From a virus (Duplodnaviria; Caudoviricetes): DNA of 26,614 nucleotides. Shown one piece after another: positions 25,520 through 26,614 of this stretch (its first letter is position 1; every line of letters begins with the position of its first letter). A program made the translations under genes and the position numbers. The DNA is taken from the IMG/VR virus record IMGVR_UViG_3300033076_000213, positions 1 through 26,614 of that record. One strand, written 5' to 3'. The notes under the pieces are model-generated. The model worked only from the letters and a program-made list of their open reading frames with translations, was not told the origin of the DNA and ran no database searches.

Positions 25520-25694
25520 GGCCATCGCGCACGGCAACACGCGCTTTGGCTTGGAACACACGCTGCTGTAAAGCTTGGCTTAAACCAAACTTACGGACCT
25601 CGGCGGTATTGAGGCAGGGGATGAAAAACCCCTGCCCCACCTTAATTGACGGCCAAGGGAACAGCTTGCTGTACTTGTTCGAGGACATCATCAC
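25494..25694 (-). CDS. Small phage protein (PW...VGQGFFIP...GVWFYR), possibly DNA-binding
   Basis: Resembles a recurrent small phage family with a YP(W/F)xxMxVGxSFFVP motif; overlaps both neighbours; exact start among three Met codons is uncertain. Confidence 0.6.
   Translation of the reverse strand: MMMSSNKYSKLFPWPSIKVGQGFFIPCLNTAEVRKFGLSQALQQRVFQAKARVAVRDGLIGVWFYR
25610..25639. terminator. GC-rich hairpin at the convergence of the two arms (terminator/pause candidate)
   Basis: GGCAGGGG (25613-20) / CCCCTGCC (25629-36) perfect 8-bp stem with an 8-nt loop, extendable to 11 bp on the - strand RNA. No clean U-tract on either side. Confidence 0.35.
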
Positions 25695-26613
25695 TCATGC
25701 GCTTGGTGATCTTCATGACAGACACACGCATAGGCGGTCCGTCAGTCTTGGCCATCATGTCCTTCTTCTGGATGTACGTGACGTGGTGAGCGTCTTGTAT
25801 CTCTGTCTTGAAGGTGTTGTAGCTAAAGCTGGCGTGCGAGCAGTGTGCGCGTAGCAAGCGTTCTTCGATGTAGAAGTCAACACAACCAGCCGTGACGCCG
25901 TGCTCAACGCGGCCCATGACTTCGGCACGTGTGGTGTTCTTGCCCACAATAGCCCCGTCGTGGAACGTTGCCAGCACGCCACCCTTCTCGCCGTACTTGA
26001 CCACAACAAACTTGCCTTGATGCTCTTGGATGTAAGAGTTCAGTAAGTCGTCAGCATCGCGCTTGTTGTCCTTGATGCTCAGACGCATGGTTGTCAACAC
26101 GCCACGGAAGACCTCGATGATCTCGTTCATGGGGATGTCAGCAATACCAGCGTGCTTCTCGTTGAACAAGATGCCTGCGCTGATACAGATGCCGATGCCT
26201 GCCATCCAAAAGCGCTCATCGTTGGGCGCATCGTAGACGGTGTACATCTGACGCACGGTCTCGTTGACTACGTTGCGTACGTACTCTTTGTTGTCCACCA
26301 AATACTGCACCAACACTTGGCCAGCTACGCCGTAGTTCTCCTGCAAGGATTTGATGACCTCAATCTCGTCAGGTGCCCATTGCAGCTTCTCGTCGATCAA
26401 CATCTCCAGCAAACGACGAATCTCACCCTCGGATGAGTGCAAGCGAGCGCCCATCAAGTAGTCAACGGCGTTGCGGTTGGATGACATCAAAGCAAACGAC
26501 GACCATGTGGACAGGTTCAGACGTTCCTTGTTCGCGCCAGACTCCATACGTTCTTTGCCGCGCCCTTCGCTCATACTGAACAGGAAGGCAGGGAACCACT
26601 CGAAGTCCTTGCG
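25642..26613 (-). CDS. DUF927-like primase-associated helicase/ATPase, C-terminal part (5'-truncated)
   Basis: Frame is open to the window edge (RKDFEWFPAFLFSMSEGRGKERM...). GRGKERM...W...ALMSSN, GEIRRLLE and ENYGVAG fit the AAA+ core of DUF927/Cch-type helicases. Walker A/B motifs lie outside the window. Confidence 0.7.
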   Translation of the reverse strand, partial: RKDFEWFPAFLFSMSEGRGKERMESGANKERLNLSTWSSFALMSSNRNAVDYLMGARLHSSEGEIRRLLEMLIDEKLQWAPDEIEVIKSLQENYGVAGQVLVQYLVDNKEYVRNVVNETVRQMYTVYDAPNDERFWMAGIGICISAGILFNEKHAGIADIPMNEIIEVFRGVLTTMRLSIKDNKRDADDLLNSYIQEHQGKFVVVKYGEKGGVLATFHDGAIVGKNTTRAEVMGRVEHGVTAGCVDFYIEERLLRAHCSHASFSYNTFKTEIQDAHHVTYIQKKDMMAKTDGPPMRVSVMKITKRMSDDVLEQVQQAVPLAVN

Positions 26614-26614
26614 G

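Larger units (their letters stand above)
1..26614. mobile_element. Tailed phage genome fragment (podovirus-like structural/lysis/ejection arm plus end of replication arm)
   Basis: Continuous co-oriented ORFs with abutting or overlapping stops and starts. Recognisable tail fibre with S74 chaperone, GH19 endolysin, nozzle, ejection proteins and helicase. No cellular genes and no att/integrase in view, so free phage versus prophage cannot be decided. Confidence 0.95.

Noticed and set aside
25519-25552. Hairpin directly after the giant gene stop (AGGCCA..GCGC/GCGC..TGGCTT)
   Set aside because: Interrupted stem, 10-nt loop and no U-tract; too weak to call a terminator.
1-26614. Stop-codon reassignment, introns or inteins
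   Set aside because: Genes tile the window in the standard code, with TAA, TGA and TAG all used as stops. There are no interrupted genes or obvious intein/homing-endonuclease motifs.
1-26614. Host assignment (composition and gene style suggest an aquatic proteobacterial host)
   Set aside because: Only an impression; no host gene, att site or spacer match in the window supports it.

Overview
The whole window is a gene-dense fragment of a tailed dsDNA phage with short-tailed (podovirus-type, P22-like gene order) virion architecture. No host genes, integrase, RNA genes or CRISPR array are visible. The + strand carries one late/structural arm, in order: two paralogous head-tail adaptor-like genes with a CxxC protein and two small basic proteins between them; a fibre module (two small beta proteins, a 17-aa-repeat fibre ending in an S74 chaperone, a 20-aa-repeat acidic protein and a gp10_C-tipped fibre); a five-gene lysis-like cassette ending in a GH19 endolysin; a P22 gp10-like nozzle; a needle/knob-like protein; and an ejection (internal virion) module with a GNAT-like gene and a 2079-aa polyvalent protein (zincin-like motif plus LPD38-like C-terminus). 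This arm converges on the - strand end of a replication arm (DUF927-like helicase, partial). The most interesting signals are: (i) a shared Phi-x-x-G-G motif across several ejection proteins, together with a lambda gpH-like tape-measure C-terminal module; (ii) a candidate promoter-plus-RBS-sequestering hairpin switch before the giant gene; (iii) a perfectly phased 11 x 20-aa 'ruler'-like protein; (iv) nested domain insertions in tail proteins; and (v) apparent absence of a specific set of 6-bp restriction palindromes. All family assignments come from motif recognition by eye, not from database searches.
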